Positions 1 through 8,473 of a stretch of 64,000 nucleotides of DNA are shown here, piece after piece. The stretch is taken from NCBI GenBank assembly GCA_965204375.1, contig OZ241986.1, forward strand, positions 6,080,001 through 6,144,000. The letters are read 5' to 3'. Position 1 is the first letter of the stretch. Each line of letters begins with the position of its first letter. The notes below the pieces were generated by a model, which saw only the letters and a program-made list of their open reading frames with translations, was not told the origin of the DNA and did no database searches. The DNA is from Candidatus Latescibacterota bacterium. Its GTDB lineage: Bacteria; Latescibacterota; UBA2968. The translations under genes were made by a program, and so were the position numbers.

Positions 1-254
1 GTGCGTTTGGGAAGACGCGCTTTCAGGGGGTTGCAAATCCGCGATAAAAATGCTCTGTATTTCGGGTCTGCGGGGTCGTTTCTGTGCAGGTCGTAGCGTT
101 GTTTTTCCTCTTTTTCCGATAGGTGAAATATTTTGGGGACAAAGACGAGGGAACAATCCGCGCAAATCAGATATTCTCTGTATGCGTCGCGGAGATAGTG
201 GGTTGTGTTCTGGCTTTTGCATAGCGGACAGATGTCCGCTGGAGAGTTGGGCAT
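1..254 (-). CDS. Class I SAM-dependent methyltransferase with N-terminal Zn-ribbon (partial, runs off window start)
   Basis: Not in the ORF track. Manual translation from ATG at 254: MPNSPADICPLCKSQ...YLICADCSLVFVP...EEKQRYDLHRNDPADPKYRAFLSR, typical of the N-terminus of this methyltransferase family. Confidence 0.7.
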   Translation of the reverse strand, partial: MPNSPADICPLCKSQNTTHYLRDAYREYLICADCSLVFVPKIFHLSEKEEKQRYDLHRNDPADPKYRAFLSRICNPLKARLPKR

Positions 255-377
255 GGTTAATGATATGGCGTCTCAAAATCCCATTGTATTATTCGTGCAA
301 TCAGAATATCTTTGGCTCCGACCCTGCATAAGGTAACAATTTATCCATTTTTCACAATACACAAAACGGAGAATTTT

Positions 378-2006
378 ATGACTGGTTACGATGCTATGGC
401 GCGTGTGCTCAAGGCAGAAGGCGTGGAGTTTCTGGTGGCATTTCCCCATCAGACGCTGATCGAGGCCTCGGCGAAGGTGGGGATTACCCCTATTATTTGC
501 CGTCAGGAGCGCGCGGGTGTCAATATGGCCGATGGTTTTAGTCGCGTTTCTAATGGAAAAAGGTTTGGTGTTTTTACGATGCAGCAAGGTCCCGGTGCGG
601 AAAATGCTTTTGGGGGTGTGGCACAGGCTTATGCAGATTCGGTGCCGGTGTTGCACTTGCCCGGCGGAGAAGCACTGTCGCGTCAGGGCATTCATCCGAC
701 TTTTGAAGCGGTGCGGAATTACCGTCATATTACGAAGTGGGCGGCTCAAATATACGCGGTAGAGGATATTCCGGTTATGATGCGTCGCGCGGTTGTACAG
801 ATGAAGAGCGGGCGTTTGGGTCCCGTGTTGTTGGAGATGCACAGGGAGGCTATGGCTGCCGAATATCCCGGTGAGGAGGTCGCTTATACGCCGGTTCAGG
901 TCCGGCGCTCTGCCGCTGCGTCTGAAGATGTGCGCGATATGGTTACAGATCTTCTCAGCGCTCACCGTCCGGTTATTATTGTGGGGCAGGGGGTGTTGTA
1001 TGCCGAGGCGACGGAGGAGTTGATTGAGTTTGCCGAGTTGGCCAGTGTTCCCGTGATGACGACGCTTGCGGGTAAGAGTGCGTTTCCAGAGACGCATCCA
1101 CTTTCACTGGGTACTGGTGGGCATACATATACGTTGATGGTTAAGCGGTTTTTGGAGTCGATGGATTTTGGGCTGGGGATTGGGACGAGTTTTACACGCA
1201 ATACGTTTACTACGCCTATGCCAGAGGGGGTTCCCCTGGGTCAGGTGACGAATTGCGCCGAGGATATGGGCAAGGATTTCGAGATTGCAGTGGGCGCGCT
1301 TGGAGATGCGAAGATCGTGTTGCGGCAGATGATTGAAGAGGTCAAGCGACAGGTTGGCGAGAATGGGCGCGAGAACGATGCCGAGGACCGAGTTGCCGCT
1401 GTGACCCGGGAGTTTGCAGCGCTGTGGGAGCCACATTTTACGTCGGATGAGATTCCGATTAGTCCGTATCGCGTGATTCGAGAGTTGGAGAATGCGGTCG
1501 ATGTGGGCAATACGATTATTACCCACGATTCGGGTTATCCGCGCGATCAACTCGTTCCGACGTGGAAGCCCGTGTCGCCGCGCGGGTACCTGGGGTGGGG
1601 CAAGTCAACGCAGCTCGGCTATGGCCTGGGTCTGGCAGTGGGCGCGAAGTTGGCCGCGCCGGAGAAGCAGGTGATCAATTTGATGGGCGATGCCGCGTTT
1701 GGGATGGCAGGGCTGGATCTGGAGACGGCTGTTCGGGCAGAGATCCCAATTTTTACGGTTGTGCTCAATAATGGGGTCATGACGAAGTACGATTCGCATA
1801 TGCCGTATGCTTCAGATCGCTTTGGGAGCAATGAGTTGAGCGGGAATTACACCCAGGTGAGCGCGGGATTGGGCGCACAGGCAGAGCGCGTGGATACGCC
1901 CGATGAACTCGCGCCCGCGATCCATCGCGCACTCGCCGCGAATAGAGAGGGCAAAACCGCTGTGCTGGAGGTGATGACCAAGGCAGAGCCAAATGTTCCG
2001 ACGTGA
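378..2006 (+). CDS. Thiamine pyrophosphate-requiring enzyme (acetolactate synthase large subunit-like)
   Basis: RQERAGVNMADG, GPGAEN and the TPP motif GDAAFGM...VLNN; GGAG RBS before ATG 378. Confidence 0.9.
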   Translation: MTGYDAMARVLKAEGVEFLVAFPHQTLIEASAKVGITPIICRQERAGVNMADGFSRVSNGKRFGVFTMQQGPGAENAFGGVAQAYADSVPVLHLPGGEALSRQGIHPTFEAVRNYRHITKWAAQIYAVEDIPVMMRRAVVQMKSGRLGPVLLEMHREAMAAEYPGEEVAYTPVQVRRSAAASEDVRDMVTDLLSAHRPVIIVGQGVLYAEATEELIEFAELASVPVMTTLAGKSAFPETHPLSLGTGGHTYTLMVKRFLESMDFGLGIGTSFTRNTFTTPMPEGVPLGQVTNCAEDMGKDFEIAVGALGDAKIVLRQMIEEVKRQVGENGRENDAEDRVAAVTREFAALWEPHFTSDEIPISPYRVIRELENAVDVGNTIITHDSGYPRDQLVPTWKPVSPRGYLGWGKSTQLGYGLGLAVGAKLAAPEKQVINLMGDAAFGMAGLDLETAVRAEIPIFTVVLNNGVMTKYDSHMPYASDRFGSNELSGNYTQVSAGLGAQAERVDTPDELAPAIHRALAANREGKTAVLEVMTKAEPNVPT

Positions 2007-2010
2007 GGCA

Positions 2011-2046
2011 GGGACATTCGCTCAATACATGTCCTTTTTTATTTTA
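2011..2046 (+). terminator. Possible intrinsic terminator
   Basis: ggacat/atgtcc stem followed by a T-run just after the TPP enzyme stop. Confidence 0.45.
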
Positions 2047-2096
2047 CGTATTTACATCCTGAGTAAAATCAGTGACCAAACGGAGGAGAGTAGCTC

Positions 2097-3182
2097 ATGT
2101 GTGCAGAATTATCCAACGAGGAACTACATCTTCCCAGCCTGTCGGTTAAAGGCTTTCAGGGGATCAAAGACCTTTTGATTCCACGGTTGGGGCGCGTGAC
2201 GCTGATTGCCGGGAGGAACGGGGTTGGCAAGACCACTTTGCTCGATGCTGTCCGTATCTATGCCTCACGCGGCAGCCTTACTGAGTTCAGACGTGTATTG
2301 CAGAACAGAGAAGAATTTACGGTCATTGTTGATGAAGATGGCGATGAGGGAACTATACCCGATTTTGAGGCTCTTTTCTATGGTCGGCATTCCACGTTGG
2401 ATTCTTGTATATCCATAGGTCCGGGTAGCAAGGCGCAGCAACTCAGCATTGAGTTTGATTCAGACCAGGAAATTGGTTATGAATCCTTAATTAAAATTGG
2501 ATTTCAGGGTACAAAGCAAGAAATTCCTATGCGTTTCTTCTTGCGTACGCGTAGTTATCCTCCCTATCGCAGACCGCGGGTTGACGAATCCAAACGGCGA
2601 TCTGAAATTCAGTGTGTGTCTATGGGGCCAGGTTTGTTGAGCGATGATGATATACCTCGATTCTGGGATAGCATAGCCCTTACAGATGATGAAGCCCGAG
2701 CAGTACACGCACTACGGCTAATTTATGGCAATGAAGTAGAGCGTGTTGTTGTGATTGGTGATGAAAGATCTTCTGGTCGTTATGGTCGGCGGGCGATTGT
2801 GAAACTCAAAGGTCAAGAAGATCCGGTTCCTTTAAAAAGCCTTGGTGACGGCGCAGTGCGCTTGTTTGGTGTTGCTTTGGCACTTGCCAATAGCCAGGAT
2901 GGTTTTCTGGTCATTGACGAAGCGGAAAACGGTATTCACCATTCGGTGCAGCGCGATTTCTGGAAGATGGTGATGAGGACAGCTATTGAGAACAATGTGC
3001 AGGTTTTCGCTACAACTCATAGCTGGGATTGCGTGGTCGGTTTTGCACAAGCGGCAGTAGATTCAGAGAAAACGGACGGCGTTCTCGTTCGTCTTGAGAG
3101 AGATGACGAACACATGCGTGCTGTCGAATATTCCGAGGAAGAGCTTCTAATCGCGGGCGAACAAAGCATTGAGGTGAGATAG
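2097..3182 (+). CDS. ABC/AAA ATPase (AAA_15/AAA_21 type)
   Basis: Walker A GRNGVGKT, signature-like LGDGA, Walker B/D-loop LVIDEAENGIH, H-loop ATTHS. Confidence 0.9.
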   Translation: MCAELSNEELHLPSLSVKGFQGIKDLLIPRLGRVTLIAGRNGVGKTTLLDAVRIYASRGSLTEFRRVLQNREEFTVIVDEDGDEGTIPDFEALFYGRHSTLDSCISIGPGSKAQQLSIEFDSDQEIGYESLIKIGFQGTKQEIPMRFFLRTRSYPPYRRPRVDESKRRSEIQCVSMGPGLLSDDDIPRFWDSIALTDDEARAVHALRLIYGNEVERVVVIGDERSSGRYGRRAIVKLKGQEDPVPLKSLGDGAVRLFGVALALANSQDGFLVIDEAENGIHHSVQRDFWKMVMRTAIENNVQVFATTHSWDCVVGFAQAAVDSEKTDGVLVRLERDDEHMRAVEYSEEELLIAGEQSIEVR

Positions 3183-3185
3183 ATT

Positions 3186-3866
3186 ATGGTCAATCGAAAT
3201 ACATCGAATCGCGTCCTTTTGGTCGAAGGGGAGAGCGATAAGCATGTTGTTCGTCGCCTTTGCAGTCGTTACCCGTCTTTTAAAATTGTGGATAACATTG
3301 ACCATCTGCTTGAATTCAGTAGTCCAGAAAGCGAATCTCCAGGATGGCAGACCATTGACATTCTGAATAAGTTTAACTTTGAGCAACTGCGTGATTCCAT
3401 TAACCTCGAAATCAAGGTTCCGGGACGGCAAGCCATTGGTATTCTCGTGGATGCAAATGATAATCTGAGGTCACGTTGGGATGCTGTAGGATATAGACTT
3501 CGAATGGCGAACATTCAATTTCCGCAGTCTCCTGAACCAGCCGGAACAATCATCGAAGGCAAGCCCCGCGTCGGTATCTGGCTGATGCCCGATAATGAGT
3601 CAAGTGGCGAACTTGAGGATTTTGTTGTGCAAATGATTCCCGGCGGTGATTCAGTGTGGCCGTTGTCTCAGCAATATATTAACGGGATTCCGAAAGATGA
3701 TAGAAAATTTACTGAGAAGAAGATGCTGAGAGCCAAGCTCTATGCCTGGCTGGCGGCCAGAAGAGATCCCAAGCAGATGGGTTCAGCCATTCTCTCGCGT
3801 GATTTGAACGTTGATGGATCTCTCTGCCAGGGCTTTGTTGAGTGGCTTATAAAACTATTCAAGTAG
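3186..3866 (+). CDS. DUF3226-like TOPRIM-fold protein, partner of the upstream ATPase
   Basis: LLVEGESD, ILVDAND (DxD-like), WLMPDNESSGELEDF; starts 3 nt after the ATPase stop. Confidence 0.75.
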   Translation: MVNRNTSNRVLLVEGESDKHVVRRLCSRYPSFKIVDNIDHLLEFSSPESESPGWQTIDILNKFNFEQLRDSINLEIKVPGRQAIGILVDANDNLRSRWDAVGYRLRMANIQFPQSPEPAGTIIEGKPRVGIWLMPDNESSGELEDFVVQMIPGGDSVWPLSQQYINGIPKDDRKFTEKKMLRAKLYAWLAARRDPKQMGSAILSRDLNVDGSLCQGFVEWLIKLFK

Positions 3867-3891
3867 GATTAAGCAAGTCACAGGGATAGCT

Positions 3892-3974
3892 ATGTCAAAC
3901 AGAAGAAGATGGACGCGACAGGAGAGGATTTTCTTGCATATCATCGTGAAAGGATATTCACGGGAAACCGATGA
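3892..3974 (+). pseudogene. Deletion scar of an HNH restriction-endonuclease-like gene
   Basis: MSNRRRWTRQE joined out of frame to EDFLAYHRERIFTGNR*; both ends resemble the termini of about 250-aa COG3440-type HNH proteins. Confidence 0.5.
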
Positions 3975-4038
3975 GAAGAAAGTACCGATCTTTGAAGAAG
4001 GCACTTGCCGCTGGTTAGGAGATGAGCCTATTGTGGAA

Positions 4039-4923
4039 TCAGTAGATGAACTCTTGCCCGATCTTCCACACCCCTTTCTCTCGAAAAGCGGGAATGGTCT
4101 GGCGACGGGCGGCGTTGGTGACAGCGGGTGCCGAAAGCCCATTCTGTCTGATATAATCCGATAGCCTGATGATTGCCTCTCTCTTCATATAGCTCAGTCG
4201 CTTGTGCAGCGACTCTATGAGAGCCAGTGATAGAATCCCTTCCATCGTTCTGGTTGTTCTTCTATCTCCGTAGTCTCTGAATGCCCGATAGTACGTCTCT
4301 TTCTCTGAGTTGCGAATGATAAGGCGCGGCAGGCCGAGTTGCAGGAGTTGAAAGTTGATGAGGACCCGCCCCATGCGACCATTGCCGTCGCAAAAGGGAT
4401 GGATGGTCTCGAAGTCCAGATGAAATAGGGCTATTTTGTCCAGGAAGTAGGTGTCGAAATCACTGGAATACTCGACGAGGATATTATCAATCATGCGCTC
4501 TACATGCTCGGGTGCTGGTGCAATATGAGTGCCCACCCGCACGTACTCTCCCCGCCGGCGAAAGCGGCCTGCAATGTCATCGTTAATACCGCCGATAAGC
4601 ATCTGATGCAAGAATAGCATCAGGTCTTTGTTCAGTTCACTGTCTTTTGCTCTATTGCGCTTATATTCTGTGACACGAGCCAGGTTTTTCGCCTCAAAGA
4701 CTTCCCGCACAGACACATTCCGAGATAACATCTGCTCCAACAGGATTTTTTCTGTTTCATTGAGGGTGAGGGTGGAATTTTCAATTGCGTTCGAGTTGTA
4801 CACACTCTCGGGTACCTCTACTTCGTCAATCATCGACAGCAGCGATTCTTTACCCTGACGCAAGATATCGTACTCTCGTTTCAGAACCTGGATGCGGTTT
4901 TTTATCGGTTGTCTGCTTGCCAT
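4039..4923 (-). CDS. Fic family protein with a C-terminal HTH-like tail
   Basis: Fic motif HPFCDGNGRMGR; inhibitory-helix motif SNAIEN. Confidence 0.92.
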   Translation of the reverse strand: MASRQPIKNRIQVLKREYDILRQGKESLLSMIDEVEVPESVYNSNAIENSTLTLNETEKILLEQMLSRNVSVREVFEAKNLARVTEYKRNRAKDSELNKDLMLFLHQMLIGGINDDIAGRFRRRGEYVRVGTHIAPAPEHVERMIDNILVEYSSDFDTYFLDKIALFHLDFETIHPFCDGNGRMGRVLINFQLLQLGLPRLIIRNSEKETYYRAFRDYGDRRTTRTMEGILSLALIESLHKRLSYMKREAIIRLSDYIRQNGLSAPAVTNAARRQTIPAFREKGVWKIGQEFIY

Positions 4924-4929
4924 ATCATT

Positions 4930-4958
4930 AGAATACCCTATTCACGGTATATTGTCAA
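4930..4958 (-). promoter_or_regulatory. Sigma70 promoter of fic, probably giving a leaderless mRNA
   Basis: TTGACA-17 nt-TATTCT, then only 6 nt to the ATG; no SD. Confidence 0.65.
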
Positions 4959-5164
4959 ATTTTAGTGAATAATAGGTGAAAATGGGTGCTGTTCACGGTT
5001 TTTTCAGATCAAGTATGTGGTATTACGACTTGGTTCAAGCTAATATACTGCACAAAAGTATAGTTTATTCTTGCCCAAATATCAAGCATGTGCTATTTTC
5101 TTTCAAAAAGAGATAGGTTATATTTACGCCAACCTTTAATTGTTTGTACATTGGAGGTGGTTGC

Positions 5165-6253
5165 ATGAATGAATCTCTTAATCAAGAGGTGAACAACCGC
5201 GATAGCAGTCCATTCAATGCACAAGTGTTTGATCTGTTTTGCAGCATTGGAGGTTTGACCTATGGGCTAAAAAGGGCTGGAATCTCGGTCAATGCAGGTT
5301 TGGATATTGATGGTTCGTGCCGTTACGCTTATGAAAATAACTGCAAAGCGGATTTTATTGAAGCGGATATTAGGGAAATCTCTTTTTCAGATATTTCAAG
5401 GTATTTTAATGATGCGGAATATCGCGTGCTTGTCGGTTGCGCGCCCTGTCAACCATTCTCCAGCCATACAGCCAAAATGAAGTCTGGTGAGTCGGATTCG
5501 AGGTGGAATCTGATTGATGAATTTCTGAGAATAATTCTTGAAGGCAGGCCAGAGATTATCTCAATGGAGAATGTGCCTCAACTCATGGACAAGCCAATTT
5601 ATAATAAATTTAAGCGCGCCTTAGCCGATGCAGGGTATAGTGTTTCTGATGGGGTTATATCCTGTGCCGATTTCGGGGTTCCGCAAACTCGAAGCCGTTT
5701 GGTTATGCTGGGATCTTTGTTGGGCAGGATTAATATGCCGAAACCCGACCCCCAAAAGCCCAAAACAGTTAGGCAAGCAATTGGACACCTCGCACCTCTT
5801 GAGCACGGACAATCAAGCAAGACTGATCCTTTGCATGTTTGTTCTCGATTAGAGCCAATTAACCTGGAACGCATCCGGCGCTCTAAGCCCGGTGGAACTT
5901 GGCGAGATTGGCCTACTGAACTATTGCCAGATTGCTATAAGAAAGCCAGCGGCTTAAGCTATGGAAGCGTTTACGGACGTATGCAGTGGGATATGCCAGC
6001 GCCTACGCTGACTACGCAATTTTATCGCTATGGAACCGGACGCTATGGACATCCAGAACAAGACAGAGCTTTGAGCTTGAGAGAAGGTGCAATTCTCCAA
6101 ACTTTTCCTGGACAATATCAGTTTGTTGCGCCCGATGAAAAAGGGTCATTTTTGAAAATCGGTCGTCAAATCGGCAATGCTGTTCCGCCATCTTTGGCTT
6201 ATGCTATCGGGAAAGCAATTACAGGTCACTTGAGAAAACATGCCCCTGAATGA
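5165..6253 (+). CDS. DNA (cytosine-5)-methyltransferase
   Basis: Motif I DLFCSIGG, motif IV APCQPFS, motif VI ENV, motif VIII QTRSR, motif X GNAVPP; GGAGG RBS. Confidence 0.93.
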   Translation: MNESLNQEVNNRDSSPFNAQVFDLFCSIGGLTYGLKRAGISVNAGLDIDGSCRYAYENNCKADFIEADIREISFSDISRYFNDAEYRVLVGCAPCQPFSSHTAKMKSGESDSRWNLIDEFLRIILEGRPEIISMENVPQLMDKPIYNKFKRALADAGYSVSDGVISCADFGVPQTRSRLVMLGSLLGRINMPKPDPQKPKTVRQAIGHLAPLEHGQSSKTDPLHVCSRLEPINLERIRRSKPGGTWRDWPTELLPDCYKKASGLSYGSVYGRMQWDMPAPTLTTQFYRYGTGRYGHPEQDRALSLREGAILQTFPGQYQFVAPDEKGSFLKIGRQIGNAVPPSLAYAIGKAITGHLRKHAPE

Positions 6254-6278
6254 TTTAATCAGGGGAGGACTGAAAGAC

Positions 6279-8252
6279 ATGCCTGAAGCATACACTCTGG
6301 ACATTGACTTAAATGTACTCAATCATTTGGGATTGAACCTGTATAGCAATGTTCCCGCTGTCTTGGCGGAATTGATTGCCAATGCCTGGGATGCTGATGC
6401 CTCTCGGGTAAATGTATCTGTAAAAGAACAGGGTGAAGATAAAAGCATTATCATTCAAGACAATGGCTGTGGGATGAATGATGCAGATTTGCGTAAGAAA
6501 TTTCTAACCGTTGGTTATCAACGCCGGAGCACAGGAAGTGGTGATCAAACACCGGGCAAAGGGCGGCCAGTTATGGGAAGAAAGGGCATTGGCAAACTGT
6601 CTGTCTTGTCTATTGCCCGGAAAGTGTATGTCTATACAAAAAAAGAGGACACCGCCCCTCTGGCAATTGAGTTAGATGTTGAAAAAATCCAAGAAGCAAT
6701 TGAAAAAAAACAAAAATATCATCCCCCTGTCATAAATGTGCCAGGAGATATTGATCTTGGGAGTTCTGGCACGGCACTCGTTCTGAGCGATCTTAAGAAA
6801 AGGGTTAATGCATCACTTGACGCCTATCTGCGCCAGCGTGTAGCTCGCCGCTTTTCGGTTATTTCCAAAGATTTTCAAGTGTTCGTTAATGATGTCGAGA
6901 TAACACTAAATGATAGGAACTACTTCGGTAAATTGGAATATGCACTGGTGTACGGCGATTTCGAAAAATCTAATTTTAAGCACGATGAGAGATATGTGGT
7001 TCTACGAAAGGAAAATACCGTAAATGAGGCAGGAAAATATCCCGTTCGCGGCTGGATCGGCTTGGTCAAAGAATCAGGAGCATTGCAGGATGGCGCGGAT
7101 AATTTGAACAAAATATCCATCCTCGCCAGGGGTAAGGTTGCACTGGAAGATATCCTGGATTCCTATCGAGAAGGCGGCCTATATACAAAATATGTCATAG
7201 GTGAATTAGAGGCGGACTTCCTTGATTTAACAGATGATGACGATATTGCTACGTCCAGCAGGCAGGATTTTATTCAGAGCGATGAGCGATTCGTTCAACT
7301 GAGGGCATTTGTTGAACAGGAACTAAAATATTTGGCAAGCGAACGAGTAAAATTAAAGGATGAAGAAGGGGCGAAGAAAGCCGCGGAAATTCCTGCCGTC
7401 AAGGAATGGTACGAGTCATTGAAGGGAGATACGAAAACCTCCGCCAAAAAACTATTCGGCAGGATTAACCAAATAGCAACCGACGAAGACCACAGAAAAA
7501 CACTTTATAAACACGGGGTTTTGGCGTTTGAACACTTGCATCATAAGGAAAAACTAAACGAACTTGAACAACTCGATATCAACAATCTTGAGGTTGCTGT
7601 GAAGCTCTTTTCTGAATTGGATGATATAGAAGCATCATGGTATTACCAGATTACGGAAGGTCGTTTGGATGTAATTAGGAAGTTGTCTGATGACATTGAT
7701 GAAGATGTGCTGGAAAAGATTATTCAAGAGCATATTTATACTCATCTCTGGCTACTGGACCCCTCGTGGGATATGGCTACGGAAACGCCGACTTTAGAAC
7801 AGTCTGTTACGACGACTTTTGAGAAGATTTCCGACAAATTGAGCGAAGAAGAAAAGCGTGGGCGTTTGGATATTCGATACAAGAAAACATCGGGTAAGCA
7901 TGTGATTATTGAGTTGAAAAGAGGATCTGTTAGGATTTCATCCTTTCGTCTTATGGAACAAGTTGATAAATACATCAGAGCATTGAGGAAACAGTTACGT
8001 GAAGCTAACGAAGATGGGTCAGTTGAAGCGATTTGTCTGGTGGGGAAAGGGCTCAGTGATTGGGAGGATACAGAAACGCGACAGGAGTCAGAAAAGGCTT
8101 TAGAAGCAAAGCATATCCGCGTCGTTACGTATCAGCAACTTATCCGTGATGCAGAAGCAAGCTACCGACATTACCTCGAAAAGAGTAAAGACAAAGGTCG
8201 AATCCAAAAAATATTAGATGAGATTGAAACATTTGATGGCCCTACATTCTGA
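6279..8252 (+). CDS. GHKL-ATPase plus PD-(D/E)xK restriction endonuclease (HgiDII/BbrUII-like)
   Basis: ELIANAWDADA, DNGCGM, GRKGIGKLS; C-terminal RLDI...IIELKR; directly follows the C5-MTase; GGAGG RBS before ATG 6279. Confidence 0.8.
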   Translation: MPEAYTLDIDLNVLNHLGLNLYSNVPAVLAELIANAWDADASRVNVSVKEQGEDKSIIIQDNGCGMNDADLRKKFLTVGYQRRSTGSGDQTPGKGRPVMGRKGIGKLSVLSIARKVYVYTKKEDTAPLAIELDVEKIQEAIEKKQKYHPPVINVPGDIDLGSSGTALVLSDLKKRVNASLDAYLRQRVARRFSVISKDFQVFVNDVEITLNDRNYFGKLEYALVYGDFEKSNFKHDERYVVLRKENTVNEAGKYPVRGWIGLVKESGALQDGADNLNKISILARGKVALEDILDSYREGGLYTKYVIGELEADFLDLTDDDDIATSSRQDFIQSDERFVQLRAFVEQELKYLASERVKLKDEEGAKKAAEIPAVKEWYESLKGDTKTSAKKLFGRINQIATDEDHRKTLYKHGVLAFEHLHHKEKLNELEQLDINNLEVAVKLFSELDDIEASWYYQITEGRLDVIRKLSDDIDEDVLEKIIQEHIYTHLWLLDPSWDMATETPTLEQSVTTTFEKISDKLSEEEKRGRLDIRYKKTSGKHVIIELKRGSVRISSFRLMEQVDKYIRALRKQLREANEDGSVEAICLVGKGLSDWEDTETRQESEKALEAKHIRVVTYQQLIRDAEASYRHYLEKSKDKGRIQKILDEIETFDGPTF

Positions 8253-8266
8253 TTTTCCTCCACCCC

Positions 8267-8473
8267 TCACTCACGGTTTACTTCCTCCGCTATTTCATCT
8301 ACCTCGTATTGGAATGCTGAAACCTTGAACCGATCCAGTGCCGCGATAAATTCACTGCGGGATGGACCCGAAATTTCAGCCGCTCGGCTTTGGGAAACCA
8401 CCGCTATTTCATACCATTTCACAGCGGCAGCCAAACGCAATTCCTGGGCGAAATGATCCGGGTCTTTTCGCAT
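8267..8473 (-). CDS. UPF0175 family protein, apparently N-terminally truncated
   Basis: ELRLAAAVKWYE...SQSRAAEISG.SRSEFI pattern; lacks the usual first ~15 aa; the usual PIN partner is absent. Confidence 0.7.
   Translation of the reverse strand: MRKDPDHFAQELRLAAAVKWYEIAVVSQSRAAEISGPSRSEFIAALDRFKVSAFQYEVDEIAEEVNRE

Noticed and set aside
273-1097. Long antisense and alternative-frame ORFs (e.g. 273..1097, 18292..19110, 28506..29219, 37360..38136, 47707..48417, 55166..55855)
   Set aside because: They shadow well-supported genes on the other strand or frame and show no family motifs
3892-4164. 90-aa ORF after the DUF3226-like gene
   Set aside because: It overlaps the Fic 3' end and is better explained as a deletion scar
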